A stretch of DNA of 63,475 nucleotides, filler included, from Porpidia crustulata (Eukaryota), in NCBI GenBank assembly GCA_964255105.1. It is 5 parts of 5 records of this genome, joined end to end, with 100 filler letters (N's around TTAATTAATTAA, not from the genome) between each part and the next. Parts side by side here need not be neighbours in the genome. Positions count along the whole stretch, not along the records: positions 50,881 to 63,475 come from CAXUWE010000507.1; 4 more parts are not named here. The stretch is one strand, 5' to 3'. The notes under the pieces were generated by a model. That model ran no database searches. It had not been told where the DNA came from and saw only the letters and a program-made list of their open reading frames with translations. Positions 61,501 to 63,475 of the stretch are shown here, in pieces. The position numbers and the translations under genes are program-made. The stretch's first letter is position 1, and every line of letters starts with the position of its first letter.

Positions 61501-62993
61501 GCCTTGGTCAACGTCGTCGACAACATTGAAGATACCGAGAAAGGGAGTCTTAAGAAATTGAAAAGCATGATTACACACAATGATGGCGCTCAGTGGGCAC
61601 TGATCAAGGCGCCACAGAAAGATCCCGAAGACCGCGACTATGAATGCGACGTTGCAAATATTGGAAAGTGCTCGTTACATCTCCATGGGTATACTGAGAG
61701 AAAAGATCCCCGAGATACCTTTTCTTCTTTTTCCGCTGTTGGCATGATGATGGCCGTTGGTAACGTTGGAGAATATCTGACAGCAAAAGACGACGGAGAC
61801 ACGTTCTTTACTCGAGACGGCGGCGTGGAGTGGACCGCAGTCAAGAAAGGGAATTATATGTGGGAATTCGGTGATCAAGGATCCATCATTGTCATTGTCG
61901 AGGAAAACGTCGCTACGAAATTCATCTTCTACTCTATTGATGAGGGTCAGACGTGGCAACAATATCAGTTCACCGATTCGATGATGCAGATATCAAGTAT
62001 TTCGACTGTCCCATCTGACAATAGTCGAAATTTTCTTCTCTGGGGCAGAGACTCAGACAAGAGTAACGGGATCAAGACTGTGAATATTGATTTCACCGGA
62101 CTTTGGGACCGGCCGTGTACTTTGCATGAGGAAAACCCGGAAGGCGACGATTTCTATCTGTGGACACCGATACACCCTGCACAGAAAGATGATTGTCTTT
62201 TCGGGCATGTAGCACAGTATTATCGCAAAAAACCCGAAGCAGATTGTTACAATGGCTACCAGCTCCGACAAATCCACAATATTTCACGCAACTGCGATTG
62301 CACTAGAGGCGACTTTGAGTGGTAAGTCACCACTTCGGCATATCGTTTGAACACAAAACTAACGACTCATCCCTGCATAGCGACTACAACTATCAAACCG
62401 CAAACGACGGCTCCTGCCAACTCGTCCCGAACCTCGAACCTCCCGACCACTCGAAAGCCTGCGAAGCCGACCCAGAACTAGTGTCCTACTTCCTCCCCTC
62501 GGGCTACCGCCGCATTCCCATGTCCACCTGCGGAGGCGGCCGCGAGCTCGAGTATATCTCCGAGGAACGGCCCTGCCCCGGCCGCGAAAAGCAATTCGAA
62601 GACGCCCACCGCGGCCTCTCCGGCTTCTGGATCTTCGTCCTCGCCGTCCTGCTGCCCGCTGGCATCGCCTCGACTGTGGGTTACTGGGTCTGGCGCAACT
62701 GGGACGGCAAGTTCGGACGCATCAGGCTCGGGGAATCCGGCGGCGCGTTCGATGCCGATAGGCCCTGGATCGCGTATCCGGTCATGGCGGTGTCCGGGGT
62801 CGTGGCCGTCGTGGCGGCGACGCCCGTGCTACTCGCGAGTCTGTGGAGGGGGATTATGGGGCTGTTCGGTATGGTTGGGGGTGGCAGGAGGTATACGACC
62901 CGGCAGAGTTTCGCGCGGGGCAGGGGCGATTATGTTGGAGTGGATGCGGACGAGGATGAGTTGTTGGGCGTGGATGATGACGATGAGGTGTAG
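58504..62993 (+). CDS. VPS10: Vacuolar sorting receptor Vps10/Pep1, 1476 aa, exons 58504-62321 and 62381-62993
   Basis: Signal peptide, two Vps10 domains with Asp-box repeats (SDDAGVTW, SFDDGRTF), and Cys-rich 10CC modules. Intron GTAAGT...ACTAAC...TAG restores DFEC|DYNY. TM helix and FGRIRLG tail are present. Confidence 0.97.
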
Positions 62994-63475
62994 ATTAGCG
63001 GATAGGAGGGGCATTATGGGTGGCGTTTTCTTTTTTCCACTTTTTTTCGAACCCTCAATGTTGGGGGAAATTCAAAGCTGGCGAGACGGTCTTTAGCTGT
63101 ACCTAGGGTCTCGGGATATTCTTTGTAGGCAGGATTTCGAGCGTCCGGGGTGGTTGAGAATACCATTCGTTTTTGTGGCCGCCTTGACTTGGCCGTCTGT
63201 ATGAATCAACGCTGGATATTCATGTTAGGTTTTTTTTTTTCGGTGAGGGAAGGTGGGTATTTTAAATTGTGAGGTAGATAGGTAGTGTTGTTGCAGATAT
63301 TTATCGTACTTCGCCAGACTGTCCATCTATCTCCACCCCCTCCACCGCCCCAAAAACAACCCTAAACCTCCTTCCCTTGTCTTCTTTCTCTCTTCTTTCT
63401 CCCTTTCTTCTTTCTTCCCCCACAGTTATCGAAGTATTTACGATATCCATAATGTCCACCCCTCTTCCCCTCACC

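Noticed and set aside
58663..62287. Many antisense and alternate-frame ORFs inside VPS10 (and likewise inside the CHAT-NLR, gasdermin and hapB genes)
   Set aside because: Shadow ORFs of real coding sequence with no recognisable motifs.

Overview
Filamentous ascomycete (Pezizomycotina) DNA; a lichen-forming lineage is a guess from gene families only. The window is five unlinked contigs of steadily decreasing length (12636, 12627, 12612, 12605, 12595 bp) joined by 100-bp N/TTAATTAATTAA/N spacers. Contig 1 holds a RIP-degraded piggyBac relic, transcription-factor relics, and an intact head-to-head pair: a fungal gasdermin-like gene and a CHAT protease-NTPase-helical-repeat (NLR-like) gene. Contigs 2-3 are mostly decayed genes (kinases, MBOAT, permease, PTH11-like, secreted Cys-rich protein), plus an intact UVI-1-like gene and a RIP-mutated DUF3435 (Starship captain-like) recombinase followed by a sirtuin relic. 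Contig 4 holds F-box and Gypsy relics and a tRNA-Pro(AGG) gene with a normal anticodon intron plus a 52-nt GTAAGT...CAG spliceosomal-type intron exactly between G53 and U54. Contig 5 carries intact hapB (NF-YA) and VPS10. The top candidates are the spliceosomal-type intron in a tRNA gene and the gasdermin/CHAT-NLR cell-death module. All family calls come from motif recognition by eye, not database searches.
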